DNA of 64,000 nucleotides from the NCBI GenBank assembly GCA_017883205.1, contig JADGNZ010000035.1, positions 444 through 64,443 on the forward strand. Direction: 5' to 3'. The stretch is from Thermoanaerobaculia bacterium (GTDB taxonomy: Bacteria; Acidobacteriota; Thermoanaerobaculia; Gp7-AA8). The notes below the pieces were generated by a model that ran no database searches, was not told the DNA's origin, and saw nothing but the letters and a program-made list of their open reading frames with translations. Made by a program: the position numbers and the translations under genes. Positions 1 to 9,142 of this stretch are shown here, in pieces (the first letter of the stretch is position 1; each line of letters begins with the position of its first letter).

Positions 1-731
1 TTCGCCTGGATGCGCGACTTGAGGTAGAGATTGCCCATCGACGGCTTGATCTTCAACGACTGATCGATCCATTTCATCGCCAGCGCGTTGTTGCCCGAGT
101 CGAACGCGAAGGATGCCGCGCGAGCAGGAGTCGCAGCATCCGTCGGAGCGGCAGCGGCAACGGACGCAGTCGCCGCAGCCATCACGTTTGCGGTGGTGTT
201 CGTGCCGACTTTGAAGAGCACCATCGTGTCGGCCCAGCGTAGCGCGACCACGGCGTCGTCGGTCGTCACGTCAGGAAACGTGATTGTGAACACCTCCGCA
301 TGCGGTCCCTTTTCCGCCTTCGCGGTGACGCGCAGCGCGTCCTGCGCCTGTTCGTAGTTGAACGAGCCCCACTGCTTTGCGGTCTTGTTGAAGATCAGCG
401 TCCACGAATCCTTCCCCGGGATCGTGTGTAACGAGTAGGCACCCTTCGGCAGCGGCTTGCCGTCGATCGTCACGTCTTCGCTGAACGTGATCTGCGTCGC
501 TTCGTTCGCGCCGGTGCGCCAGACCTTGTCGTACGGGACTAGCCCGCCGAAGATCGTGCGGCCCTTGGCGACGGGACGGCTGTAGTCGATCGTGATGTCG
601 GTGAGCCCGACTGTTTGCGTGATGACCTGATGCTGCGACACGCGCGGAATCTTGAGTGGCGCGGCCTGCTGCGCGACCAACGGAAGCGTGGCCGAGGTGA
701 GAAAAAGACAAATCGCAAGGTACTTGCGCAT
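1..731 (-). CDS. DUF2911 domain-containing secreted protein (3' end beyond window start)
   Basis: Minus-strand frame translated by hand: MRKYLAICLFLTSATLPLVAQQ... signal peptide, then GRTIFGGLVPYDKVWRTGANEATQITF, typical of DUF2911. ATG at 729-731; the frame stays open to position 1. Confidence 0.7.
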   Translation of the reverse strand, partial: MRKYLAICLFLTSATLPLVAQQAAPLKIPRVSQHQVITQTVGLTDITIDYSRPVAKGRTIFGGLVPYDKVWRTGANEATQITFSEDVTIDGKPLPKGAYSLHTIPGKDSWTLIFNKTAKQWGSFNYEQAQDALRVTAKAEKGPHAEVFTITFPDVTTDDAVVALRWADTMVLFKVGTNTTANVMAAATASVAAAAPTDAATPARAASFAFDSGNNALAMKWIDQSLKIKPSMGNLYLKSRIQA

Positions 732-804
732 TGAAAAGCTCCTTTCGGTTTCGTAACCGGGGCCGGATCGTAGCAAAACGGCAGGGAGGGTCGGTAAACT
801 GATG

Positions 805-927
805 GTGTCGGGTTGTGGGGAGTTGGGTGTGGGGTGTGGGAGCAGAATCAAAGGAACCGCAAGCGTCGTCGATATGCGCTTCGCTGCTTTTGCTCCCACC
901 CCCCACTCCCCTACTCCCCACACCCCC
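805..927. repeat. Intergenic hairpin element. G-rich arm (GTGGGGAGTTGGGTGTGGGGTGTGGGAG), imperfect C-rich complement arm
   Basis: Arms about 811-842 and 893-927 are imperfect reverse complements. The element sits in the divergent region between the DUF2911 gene and the zinc-ribbon gene. Confidence 0.7.
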
Positions 928-946
928 GGACACCAAGGAGAACCTC

Positions 947-1576
947 ATGGTCGCCATCCGCTTCACAGGAAACTACGAAGACCTCTCGACTGACCGCGGC
1001 TATCAGTTCAAGTTTTTCTGCGAGAAGTGCAACAACGGTTACATGTCGAGTTTCAACACCTCGACTGTCGGAGTCCTCAGCTCCGCTGCGCGCGTGGCCG
1101 GAAGCCTGTTCGGAGGCGTCTTCGGAAACGTCGCCAACAGTTCGTACGAGGTGCAGCGCGCCATTGGCGGTCCGGCGCACGACAGCGCGCTGAAGGAAGC
1201 GGTCGATGAGATCTCGCCGATCTTCAAGCAGTGCACGCGCTGCGGGCATTGGGTCTGCGAGCCGGTCTGCTGGAACAAGAAGGCCGGCCTTTGCGAGACG
1301 TGCGCGCCGGACATGGACGAGGAGCTGGCGGCGGCACAGGCCGAGGCGGCGCGGGAACAGGTGCAGACAAAAGCGCGCGAGGTGGACTGGACGAAGTCGC
1401 GCCAGATCGATCAGGTCTCCGGCGCAGTCTGCGCATCGTGCGGCGCGAAATCGCAAGGCGGCAAGTTCTGCCCCGAGTGTGGCACCGCCTACTCCGCGAA
1501 AAAGAAGTGCGCGTCCTGCGGGCATGAGGCCGAGGGGACGCCGAAGTTTTGTCCGGAGTGTGGGGGGAAGTACTGA
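947..1576 (+). CDS. Zinc-ribbon domain-containing protein (double CxxC...CxxC C-terminus)
   Basis: ORF 815..1576. The internal ATG at 947 is preceded by AAGGAG. Repeated CxxC pairs: CTRCGHWVCEPVC, CASCG...CPECG, CASCG...CPECG. Confidence 0.6.
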   Translation: MVAIRFTGNYEDLSTDRGYQFKFFCEKCNNGYMSSFNTSTVGVLSSAARVAGSLFGGVFGNVANSSYEVQRAIGGPAHDSALKEAVDEISPIFKQCTRCGHWVCEPVCWNKKAGLCETCAPDMDEELAAAQAEAAREQVQTKAREVDWTKSRQIDQVSGAVCASCGAKSQGGKFCPECGTAYSAKKKCASCGHEAEGTPKFCPECGGKY

Positions 1577-1595
1577 GCTCTCTTGAAAACCGTTT

Positions 1596-1652
1596 CACGC
1601 GGAGACGCGGAGAAACGCGGAGGATTTCTCCGCTCCTCCGCGTCTCCGCGTG
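1596..1652. repeat. Hairpin (CACGCGGAGACGCGGAG...CTCCGCGTCTCCGCGTG) between convergent genes; terminator-like
   Basis: Perfect inverted repeat with an ACGCGGAG subrepeat, immediately after the zinc-ribbon gene stop and before the 3' end of ddl. Confidence 0.7.
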
Positions 1653-1660
1653 AAAAGCCT

Positions 1661-2668
1661 TTAACGCCTTCGCCCAATCGCGATCTGCTCTTCTAGAAAA
1701 TCGCGAAACGACACACCCGCCTCCCGCAGTTGCTGGGGCACGAGCGAGCTACTCGTGAGCCCCGGCAGCGTATTCCGCTCCAGAAAGTAGAGCCCGTCGT
1801 CCGCGAGGATCAGATCGCTGCGCGAGTACCCTTCGCAGCCAAGAACGGTGTGCGCGACTAACGCCATCTGCTGCGCTTCGTCGCGGATCGCGTCGGGGAT
1901 CTTTGCCGGACAGATCTCGCGGGTTCCCTTGCCGAGGTATTTGCCTTCGTAGTCGAAGGCGAAGCCGGGATCAGTTTCGATCTCGATCACCGGCAGCGCA
2001 CGAGGTCCGTTCTCGCCGTCAACGACACCCACAGTCAGCTCGCGGCCGGCGATGAACTGCTCGAGGATGTAGGGGACTTTCAGCGCGTGGATGGCCGCCA
2101 CGATCGGAGCGAGATCGGTGGTCAGGTCGACGAAGAAGAGACCGCGTGACGAGCCACCGGCGACCGGCTTGAGCACGATCTTCTCGTGGCGCTTGAGCAT
2201 CGTGGCGATGCTGCCATCGATCGCGCGGACGTCGTCGACGACGAGCGATTCGGCGACGCGCAAGTGGTTCTCCACGATCTCCTTCGCGCGTCCCTTGTCG
2301 AAGGCCGCCGCGCTCGCTGCCGACCCTGAGCCGGTGAACGGAATCCCGCGCGCTTCCATCAGACGCTGCACGCCGCCGTCCTCCCCTTCGCCGCCATGAA
2401 GCGCCAGAAGAAAGACGGGATGCTCGACCGGGAGAGTGTCGAGGGCTTGTTCGAGGTCGGGCCAGATGGCCGGCCGCGACGGCTCGAAATCGTTCGTGAA
2501 AGGGTTCTTGTGATGCAGCAGATCGTCGCGATGAACGTCGTGCACCGCGCCGCTCGGAGCCCAGAACCACGCCAGAGGCGCATCGAGTGACCGGACGATA
2601 TTTTGCGCCGATGCTACCGAGACGTGCCGCTCATCGCTGCGGCCGCCGAAGAGAACGATGACTGTCAT
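1661..2668 (-). CDS. ddl: D-alanine--D-alanine ligase
   Basis: MTVIVLFGGRSDERHVS... ATP-grasp Ddl family architecture across the full length. The start is taken at MTV (2666-2668); the upstream part of the ORF is repeat-encoded. Confidence 0.9.
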   Translation of the reverse strand: MTVIVLFGGRSDERHVSVASAQNIVRSLDAPLAWFWAPSGAVHDVHRDDLLHHKNPFTNDFEPSRPAIWPDLEQALDTLPVEHPVFLLALHGGEGEDGGVQRLMEARGIPFTGSGSAASAAAFDKGRAKEIVENHLRVAESLVVDDVRAIDGSIATMLKRHEKIVLKPVAGGSSRGLFFVDLTTDLAPIVAAIHALKVPYILEQFIAGRELTVGVVDGENGPRALPVIEIETDPGFAFDYEGKYLGKGTREICPAKIPDAIRDEAQQMALVAHTVLGCEGYSRSDLILADDGLYFLERNTLPGLTSSSLVPQQLREAGVSFRDFLEEQIAIGRRR

Positions 2669-2692
2669 TGAATGTCCATGGTGCGTTCCGGC

Positions 2693-2791
2693 GGGAGTCG
2701 GGGGTCGGGGGTCGGAGCAAGGCTGCACGATCAAACGCTCGCGCGCTACGCCGCACTTCTCCGACCCCCGACCCCCGACTCCCGACTCCCG
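2693..2791. repeat. Hairpin element GGGAGTCGGGGGTCGGGGGTCGGAG...CTCCGACCCCCGACCCCCGACTCCC
   Basis: Near-perfect inverted repeat with GTCGGGG subrepeats, in the divergent ddl/tlpA intergenic region. Confidence 0.8.
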
Positions 2792-2835
2792 CGAGCCGTC
2801 GAATATCACAATCGCACAGCGCGTTGCGCGCGCAT

Positions 2836-3327
2836 ATGCCGCTGCGAACCAACTCGCTGATCCTCGTCCTCCTCCTGTTCGCGACCACCGCCTCGGCCGC
2901 CGATCTGCACGACGTCAACGACCCCGCCAGGATCAAGAGCTTCTTTCCTCGGAACGCCAGGATTCGCGTCGTGAACATCTGGGCGACGTGGTGCGTCCCC
3001 TGCGTCGCCGAGATGCCGGATCTGCGCATGATCAACGCGGCGTTCGGTCCGGAACTGACGATGGTGGGGGTGTCGATGGACGACATGATCCCGGGCGCGA
3101 AACGCGAGAACGTAGCCCGCTTCCTCGACCAGCATTGGATCGGCTACCTCAATGTTTACTACAAAGGCAACGCCGACGATCTCTCCAGCTACTACCATTT
3201 CGAGGGGGAAATCCCCGTGACGATCGCCTTCGATGCGGCCGGACGTGAGGTCTGGCGCCATCAGGGCCCGATCAAGAGTGGAACGACAATTGACGAGCTG
3301 CGGAAGCTGCTCAGGAGGATGCATTGA
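2836..3327 (+). CDS. TlpA/ResA-like thiol-disulfide oxidoreductase (thioredoxin fold, secreted)
   Basis: Signal peptide MPLRTNSLILVLLLFATTASA and the WCVPC CxxC motif. ATG at 2836 within ORF 2668..3327. Confidence 0.8.
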   Translation: MPLRTNSLILVLLLFATTASAADLHDVNDPARIKSFFPRNARIRVVNIWATWCVPCVAEMPDLRMINAAFGPELTMVGVSMDDMIPGAKRENVARFLDQHWIGYLNVYYKGNADDLSSYYHFEGEIPVTIAFDAAGREVWRHQGPIKSGTTIDELRKLLRRMH

Positions 3328-3923
3328 AAAACATGCTGAGGTCAGTGCTTTCGCTTCTGCTTCTCGTTTCCGCCGTTGCCTGCGCCAACGCCGACGAGCT
3401 GTCGATCGGCGCGAAAGCGCCGCAGTTCTCGCTCGTGAATGCCGTCGACGGCAAGACCGTCGCCTTTCATCCCGGCGACGGCAAGGTCTCCGTCGTCGTC
3501 TTCACCTGCAACCAGTGCCCCTACGCGAAGGCGTTCGAGCCGCGCATCATCGAGCTGGCCAAGCAGTATCAGGCGAAAGGCATCGCGTTCTACGCCATCG
3601 ATTCGAACGATGAATCGCAGTACTCGGAAGAGTCGATGGCGGAGATGAAGTCGCGCGCCACGCAGAAAGGCTATCCCTATCCCTACCTCAAGGACGACAA
3701 CAGCGCGATCGCCCATGCGTACGGCGCCCGCGTCACGCCGCACGTCTACGTGATCGACGGCAGCGGCACGCTCCGCTACCGCGGCTACGTCGACGACAGC
3801 GCCAAACCGGAGGAGCGCCGCACGACCGGCCTCGCCAACGCGCTCGACGAACTGCTCGCCGGCAAGACGGTGTCGAATCAGACCACGCGCGCGTTCGGAT
3901 GCACCATCAAGTTCAAGGCGTAG
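3324..3923 (+). CDS. Thioredoxin-family redoxin (secreted, CNQC motif)
   Basis: Signal peptide and VVVFTCNQCPYAK CxxC motif. The start overlaps the upstream stop (ATGCATTGA). Confidence 0.8.
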   Translation: MKNMLRSVLSLLLLVSAVACANADELSIGAKAPQFSLVNAVDGKTVAFHPGDGKVSVVVFTCNQCPYAKAFEPRIIELAKQYQAKGIAFYAIDSNDESQYSEESMAEMKSRATQKGYPYPYLKDDNSAIAHAYGARVTPHVYVIDGSGTLRYRGYVDDSAKPEERRTTGLANALDELLAGKTVSNQTTRAFGCTIKFKA

Positions 3924-3970
3924 GTCGGCTACGTCAGCCTGCATCTCTCGCATTTGCAGGGAATTCCAAT

Positions 3971-4179
3971 CGAGCGCCTTCTCCCCCACGCTTTTCAGTG
4001 GGGGAGAAGGTGGCGAAGCCGGATGAGGGGGCATTTGACGTCGCGGCACCGTTGCCAAGCAAGAGCCGCGACGTGACGTCACGCCCGGCCTGAACCTCGT
4101 GTCCCGTCGATTGCACAACACCCCTCATCCGCCTTCGGCACCTTCTCCCCTCGAAAAGCACGAGGGGAGAAGGCGCTCG
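3971..4179. mobile_element. MITE-like palindromic element: two inverted copies of an approx 60-bp unit flanking an approx 85-bp core with its own hairpin
   Basis: 3971-4034 CGAGCGCCTTCTCCCCCACGCTTTTCAGTGGGGGAGAAGGTGGCGAAGCCGGATGAGGGGG reappears reverse-complemented at 4119-4179. Each unit has an internal stem CTTCTCCCCCAC/GTGGGGGAGAAG. A solo copy lies at 13057..13140. Confidence 0.6.
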
Positions 4180-4324
4180 ACGCAAAGGGGTCGCTAAAAA
4201 GTTTGAGGATGGGGTGGCGCGAAAGGGGTGCATCGTCTGTGGAAATCGTCACGATCTGGCTGGTTTCCACTCGACGGTTGATGACCGCACCGTCGAGAAC
4301 AAGAGATTGTCCTCGAAAGATGAC

Positions 4325-4520
4325 GATTCCACTCAAGAGCTGGTGGGATTGCCTTGAAGACAAGTTGATTTCACTCAAAAGATCGCGACATCGCCTTAAA
4401 ACAAGTGGATTCCACTTAAAAGATCGCAACATCGCCTTAAAACAAGCCGATTTCACTTAAAAGAAGGCGACATCGCCTTAAAACAAGTGGATTTCACTTG
4501 AACGATGACGGCGTTGACAC
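4325..4520. repeat. Tandem direct repeat, approx 41-bp unit x about 4.5 (GATTTCACTTAAAAGATCGCGACATCGCCTTAAAACAAGTG)
   Basis: Head-to-tail copies, each containing the palindrome GGCGACATCGCC. AT-richer than the surroundings. No unique spacers between copies. Confidence 0.85.
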
Positions 4521-4580
4521 ATCCCCATCGCTGAGCGCCACGCCAGGACTGTTCCAGCATGAGGCGAATTGGGCAGGAAC

Positions 4581-5597
4581 TCACTCGGACGACTTCCCTT
4601 CTTCCGAATCGAGCCAGGGACTGGCGTGAACGATGTCGCCGCGAACCTCCATACGGCCGGCCATGAATCCGAGTACGCGCTTGCCAGGCGTCTCCGGGGA
4701 TGGAGGGACGACTTCAGCGACCGGTTTGCCGAATCGCGTGATGGCCACGCCGCGCACCACCACCGCCGCGATCAGGATGCCGATCGCGGCGGAGGCGAGC
4801 ACGTCGCTCGTCCAGTGGCGGAAGGCGAGCACACGCGAGACGGCGACGGAGAGCGCCAGAAGAAACGCGGCAATGCGCATCGTGCGCGAAGGCGAGGCGA
4901 GCATCAGCACGCCGCCGAGGGCGAAAGCGCCGACGGTGTGGCCGCTGGGAAAGGATGTCGCGGCGGCGCGAGCGTGCTGGAACGGTCCAAGCCAGAGCTC
5001 GGGACGCGTGCGGCCGGCGGCGTACTTGATGATCTGGACGGCGATCCCGGCTGCCGCTCCGCTGAAGGCCATCGCCACGGCGTAGGCAATCCAGCGGTGA
5101 TAGCGATAGGCGACGCCGGCGATGAGAAAGAAGAGGACGACCATGGGCGGATTCATGCCGCCGCCGAAACGGTTCGCGAAACGGATCGTGTCCTGAATCC
5201 CCGACGACTGCACGCGCTCGGCCCAGGCGGTCACCGGCGCGTCGGCGAGCCGCCAGATGAGCGCGATGACCATCGCCGCGCACACGGCGGCGATCGCGTC
5301 GATCTTGCGCATGCGCAGGCGCGTCGCCCGCACGAGCGTCCAGGCCTCCGCGAAATCGTGCGCCACGTAGCCGGTGGACGGATGAAGAATCACGAGCGCG
5401 AAGAGGCCGGCGATGAACCAGAAGGCGATGTCCCACGAGGGCGCCTCGCGGCCCAGAAACGACAAGTCATCGACGCCGAGTTGGGCGTGACAGCAAACGT
5501 TGTTGATCGCGATCGCCGGCGACGGCCAGAAGACCGACAGCGCGAGCAGGGCGATGAACGCCGCGGCGGCAAGACGGCGCTTATTGTCGATAGACAT
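4581..5597 (-). CDS. PAP2 family phosphatase (membrane)
   Basis: PAP2 motifs KxxxxxxRP (AAGRTRPE), PSGH (SFPSGHT) and SRxxxxxHxxxD (SRVLAFRHWTSDV). Overlaps the upstream GT39 gene by 17 nt. Confidence 0.8.
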   Translation of the reverse strand: MSIDNKRRLAAAAFIALLALSVFWPSPAIAINNVCCHAQLGVDDLSFLGREAPSWDIAFWFIAGLFALVILHPSTGYVAHDFAEAWTLVRATRLRMRKIDAIAAVCAAMVIALIWRLADAPVTAWAERVQSSGIQDTIRFANRFGGGMNPPMVVLFFLIAGVAYRYHRWIAYAVAMAFSGAAAGIAVQIIKYAAGRTRPELWLGPFQHARAAATSFPSGHTVGAFALGGVLMLASPSRTMRIAAFLLALSVAVSRVLAFRHWTSDVLASAAIGILIAAVVVRGVAITRFGKPVAEVVPPSPETPGKRVLGFMAGRMEVRGDIVHASPWLDSEEGKSSE

Positions 5598-7125
5598 CGA
5601 ACCATTTTCCGATCATGCGCAAGGACGTGACGACGTGATAACCGTTGAGCGCCGGTGCGATCTCGTTCGCGTGGGCGCGTGCGGTCACGATCACTGGGGG
5701 TTTTGTTTTCGCCAGCATCTCCGGATCCGCGTAGACGACGCGCTCGTACTCGCGCGGAAAATCGCGCGTCCAGAGGTAGGGCGCGGCGTAGAGCGCGATC
5801 TGTTCCGGGGGCACTTGCTGTTGCTGCAATGCTTTCACTAGCGGGCGCGTGGAGACGAGATCGTTGACGACCGGCATCAATGCGATGGCGATGAATGCCA
5901 TCGCGATGATCGGAACGAGGCCGGTGGCGATGGTCGATGTCGTGAGCGACGCGCGTGTCGCAATTAGAAAGGCGATGATGGCGGCAGTGGCTGTGACGAT
6001 GAGGAGTGTTCGTACTTCGGGGAGGCGGATGAGGGCGGACTCGGGGCCTTTGATGCGGGTTGGGGAGAGGAGGAAGGCGGCCATGGCGATGAGGGCGATG
6101 AGGGCGTTCGCGATGAGGTTGGCCGCCGGGCCGGCGGCGGACCAGCCGGCGGGCCGCCGGCGCTCCACCAATTCGCGGCGCTCCGCCTCGCCTACATAGC
6201 GCGAGATCAGGAGGGCGATGGGGGGGATCATGGCCATCATGTAGACGTCGAGTTTGCTGCTCATGATCGAGTACGGGACGAGCACGGCGATGATCCAATT
6301 AATGAGGAAGCGCTGCGTGCGCCAGAGAGCGGCCACGGCTACGCATCCGAGGAAGAACCAGGGGAAGAGCGATGCGGGGAGGTGGGCTGCGTAGAACCAC
6401 GGCGGGGCGTTGTGGACCCATGAAGCGATGGCGCGGCCGACGGTCTGCTTGACGATGACGTCGTGCGTGTACGCGCCGCCGCCGAGAATCATCGCCGGGA
6501 TGAACCAGAGCAGCGGGATCACGATCATCGCCAGAAGCGCGGGCGCGTAGTTACCGCGCGGCGCGCGGCCGCGGCGCCACCATTCCAGACCGAAGAGCAC
6601 GACCGCGATCACGGGCGCCATCGGGCCTTTGATCAGAATGGCGACGCCAATGGCGATGCCGCACCAGAGCAGCGCTCGAAAATCATCACGCTCGAAGAAG
6701 CGCTCGAGCTGCCATAGCGCCAGGACGATGAAGGCGGTGAAGGCGACGTCCATGCGCGCGCTTTGCGCCGACGTCCACACCATCATCGACGAGCCGCAGA
6801 CGAAGGCAGCGAGCGGACCACCCATCCGCCACAGCAACCAGAGCAGAAAGACGAGGCCCATCAGCGACGGGAGTACGAACGCCCACGTCGAGTAGACGCC
6901 GAGGGGAAAGGTGAGAAGGTCGATGAGCCAGAAGTGCAGCGGAGGTTTGTGCGTGAACGGCATGCCGGTCAAGGTCGGCAGAAAGAACGCGCCGGTGGCT
7001 CGCATCTCGCGAACGACCTGACCGTATTTCGTTTCGTCGCCGACGAAGAGATCGCGCTGCATCGGGGTGATGAGCGCGGCGAGGACGAGTAGTGCGACTG
7101 CGGCTGTGGTGATTGAACGCGGCAC
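5581..7125 (-). CDS. Glycosyltransferase family 39 (ArnT/PMT-like, polytopic membrane)
   Basis: LFVGDETKYGQVVREM, FTHKPPL, many transmembrane helices. A typical ArnT-like N-terminus. Confidence 0.8.
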   Translation of the reverse strand: MPRSITTAAVALLVLAALITPMQRDLFVGDETKYGQVVREMRATGAFFLPTLTGMPFTHKPPLHFWLIDLLTFPLGVYSTWAFVLPSLMGLVFLLWLLWRMGGPLAAFVCGSSMMVWTSAQSARMDVAFTAFIVLALWQLERFFERDDFRALLWCGIAIGVAILIKGPMAPVIAVVLFGLEWWRRGRAPRGNYAPALLAMIVIPLLWFIPAMILGGGAYTHDVIVKQTVGRAIASWVHNAPPWFYAAHLPASLFPWFFLGCVAVAALWRTQRFLINWIIAVLVPYSIMSSKLDVYMMAMIPPIALLISRYVGEAERRELVERRRPAGWSAAGPAANLIANALIALIAMAAFLLSPTRIKGPESALIRLPEVRTLLIVTATAAIIAFLIATRASLTTSTIATGLVPIIAMAFIAIALMPVVNDLVSTRPLVKALQQQQVPPEQIALYAAPYLWTRDFPREYERVVYADPEMLAKTKPPVIVTARAHANEIAPALNGYHVVTSLRMIGKWFDVYRQ

Positions 7126-7134
7126 GGAGCGCTA

Positions 7135-7211
7135 TCTTAATCTGCGTCGATCTGCGCTCATCTGCGGATGAGAATCTTTATCCGCAGATGACGCAGATCG
7201 ACGCAGATACA
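7135..7211. repeat. Hairpin element with CATCTGCG-type subrepeats (ATCTGCGTCGATCTGCGCTCATCTGCGGAT...ATCCGCAGATGACGCAGATCGACGCAGAT)
   Basis: Perfect inverted repeat. Same family as 10935..11006. Confidence 0.8.
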
Positions 7212-7262
7212 AAAAGAGCCGCCTTGCCGGCGGCTCTGTTGATCAGGTGTGTCGTCGATCCG

Positions 7263-7499
7263 CTACGCCATCGCGTTTTGATTCTCGTAGGTGCGGATCC
7301 GGGCGGCCATCTGGTCCTTCAACTGGAGTTTTCGCTTCTTCAACGTTTTCTCTTCGAGCTCTTCATCGGTGGAGACCTCGTTCTTCGCTATGAGCTCACC
7401 AAGCCGCGACTCGCATTCATGATGTTCGTCGAGCCACTTGCGGAACTCGTTGTCTTCGGTGCTGAGAATCCGTTGAATGTCAGCGATTTGATTCGACAT
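7263..7499 (-). CDS. DUF465 (YdcH-like) small protein
   Basis: 78 aa: ...FRKWLDEHHECESRLGEL...LKKRKLQLKDQM, matching the DUF465 pattern. Confidence 0.65.
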   Translation of the reverse strand: MSNQIADIQRILSTEDNEFRKWLDEHHECESRLGELIAKNEVSTDEELEEKTLKKRKLQLKDQMAARIRTYENQNAMA

Positions 7500-7679
7500 C
7501 CTCTATCCTCCTTCGAAGTACCTTCATTGGAAATTGTAGCACTCTAGAGGCGATCTTTCGATCACGCTAAGTAGCTTCGATTTCATGCAGTTGAGACTGC
7601 AATCGGCGCGCCGCATGATTTCCTGACGGCAGCGCGCACGCCTTCCCATCGGCTCAGCCTTTGCACTACCATCCGCGAA

Positions 7680-8324
7680 ATGTCGAAAGTGCCGTGGGCG
7701 CCTGAGGGGTGGCTGTTCCTGATTCCAGTCCTCATCCTGACTGCGGCGGCGCTGCTGATTCAATGGACGATTGCCGCCATCGTTCTCGGCCTTCTGGCCA
7801 TCTTCATCATCAACTTCTTCCGCGATCCGCGCCGTACCGGCTCCGAGCATCACGTCGACGTCCTCTCCCCCGCCGACGGCACCGTGGTCCAGATCAAAGA
7901 CGTCGCCGACGGCGACATCTGGCCCGGCCTCACGCGCCAGGTCAGCATCTTCATGTCGGTCTTCGACGTACACGTCAACCGCGCGCCGATCAGCGGGCGG
8001 ATCATTCACTACCGCTACAACCCGGGAAAGAAGATCGCGGCGTTCGCCGAGAAGTCATCGACAGAGAACGAGCAGAATCTCATCGTCATCGAGGACAAGC
8101 ACGGCGCGACGCTGGCCTTCAAGCAGATCGCCGGGTTGCTGGCGCGGCGCATCGTGTTCGACAAAAAAGAGGGTGACGAGGTCGTGCGCGGCGAGCGCGT
8201 CGGCATGATCAAGTTCGGTTCGCGCGTCGATATGTTCTTCCCCGCCAGCGCGCTCATCAAGGTCGGCATGCGCGACAAAGTGAAGGTCGGACTGACCGTC
8301 GTCGCGGAGCTCGGAGCGAAATGA
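7680..8324 (+). CDS. psd: Phosphatidylserine decarboxylase (short archaeal-type proenzyme)
   Basis: N-terminal transmembrane helix. The FGSRVD motif carries the self-cleavage Gly-Ser typical of Psd. Confidence 0.85.
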   Translation: MSKVPWAPEGWLFLIPVLILTAAALLIQWTIAAIVLGLLAIFIINFFRDPRRTGSEHHVDVLSPADGTVVQIKDVADGDIWPGLTRQVSIFMSVFDVHVNRAPISGRIIHYRYNPGKKIAAFAEKSSTENEQNLIVIEDKHGATLAFKQIAGLLARRIVFDKKEGDEVVRGERVGMIKFGSRVDMFFPASALIKVGMRDKVKVGLTVVAELGAK

Positions 8325-9142
8325 TCCAGCGGCAGGACGTCCGGAAGAAGCTTCGCCGGGGCGTCTACATCGTCCCCACGTCGTTCACGATGCTGAACAT
8401 CTTCTTCGGCTTCCGTTCGATCGTGAACAGCATGCGCGGCGCCGAGGCGATTGCGCTCGGGAGGATGGACCTGGCGGTGCACGCGTTCGAGATCGCCTGC
8501 ATTTCGCTGCTGATCGCCGCGGTATTCGACACGTTCGACGGACTCGTAGCCCGGCAGCTCGGCGCAACGAGCGAGTTCGGGAAGGAGTACGACTCGCTCG
8601 CGGACGTCGTCACGTTCGGCTGCGCCCCCGCCGTCCTCGTCTACGCCTGGGGCCTTCAATCCCTCGGCAAGCTCGGTGTCGGCATCGCCTTTCTCTTCCT
8701 GGTCAGTGTCTCGCTACGGCTGGCGCGATTCAACGTCATGACCGGCAAGACTGACTACCGCTACTTCGTCGGACTGCCCAGTCCGGCCGGAGCGCTGACG
8801 CTCGCCGCGGTCATCTACTACGCACCGGCTCCGGTGCTCGACCATCGCTTCGCCAGCGTGATCATGATCCTCACCGCCCTCACGGCCTTCGCGATGGTCT
8901 CCCCGATTCGCTGGCGCGCGCAGAAGGGCATCAATTTCCAGAAGGGACGATCGCTGATGTACATCGTGGTCATCGCCGCGATCCTCGCCGTAGCCTGGGC
9001 CTGGCCGCGTCCGTTCCTCCTCTTCTTCGCCATCGCCTATCTCGCCTCGGGGCCGCTGATCCGCCTTTGGACGATCGTGTTCCCACCGCAGATTCCCATT
9101 GATGGGGCGTCGCTGGTCGGGAGTCGGGAGTCGCAGCCGTAG
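8321..9142 (+). CDS. pssA: CDP-diacylglycerol--serine O-phosphatidyltransferase
   Basis: CDP-alcohol phosphatidyltransferase motif DTFDGLVAR...G...S.FG...DSLAD. ATGA overlap with psd. Confidence 0.85.
   Translation: MIQRQDVRKKLRRGVYIVPTSFTMLNIFFGFRSIVNSMRGAEAIALGRMDLAVHAFEIACISLLIAAVFDTFDGLVARQLGATSEFGKEYDSLADVVTFGCAPAVLVYAWGLQSLGKLGVGIAFLFLVSVSLRLARFNVMTGKTDYRYFVGLPSPAGALTLAAVIYYAPAPVLDHRFASVIMILTALTAFAMVSPIRWRAQKGINFQKGRSLMYIVVIAAILAVAWAWPRPFLLFFAIAYLASGPLIRLWTIVFPPQIPIDGASLVGSRESQP

Noticed and set aside
271-966. 231-aa minus-strand ORF
   Set aside because: It is out of frame with the well-supported DUF2911 reading frame (1..731, minus). Its product is low complexity and Arg/Gly/Ala-rich, as expected from GC-rich non-coding frames.
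4325-4520. Possible CRISPR array (41-bp repeats)
   Set aside because: Repeats abut each other without spacers and degenerate progressively. There are no cas genes.
4569-5630. 353-aa plus-strand ORF
   Set aside because: It lies fully antisense to the PAP2 and GT39 genes. The product is Arg/Gly/Asp-rich low complexity, a typical high-GC artefact. The same applies to 12056..12919, 13400..14524, 16886..18133, 17644..17928, 35430..36653, 37920..39710, 57109..59565, 62410..63600 and similar.
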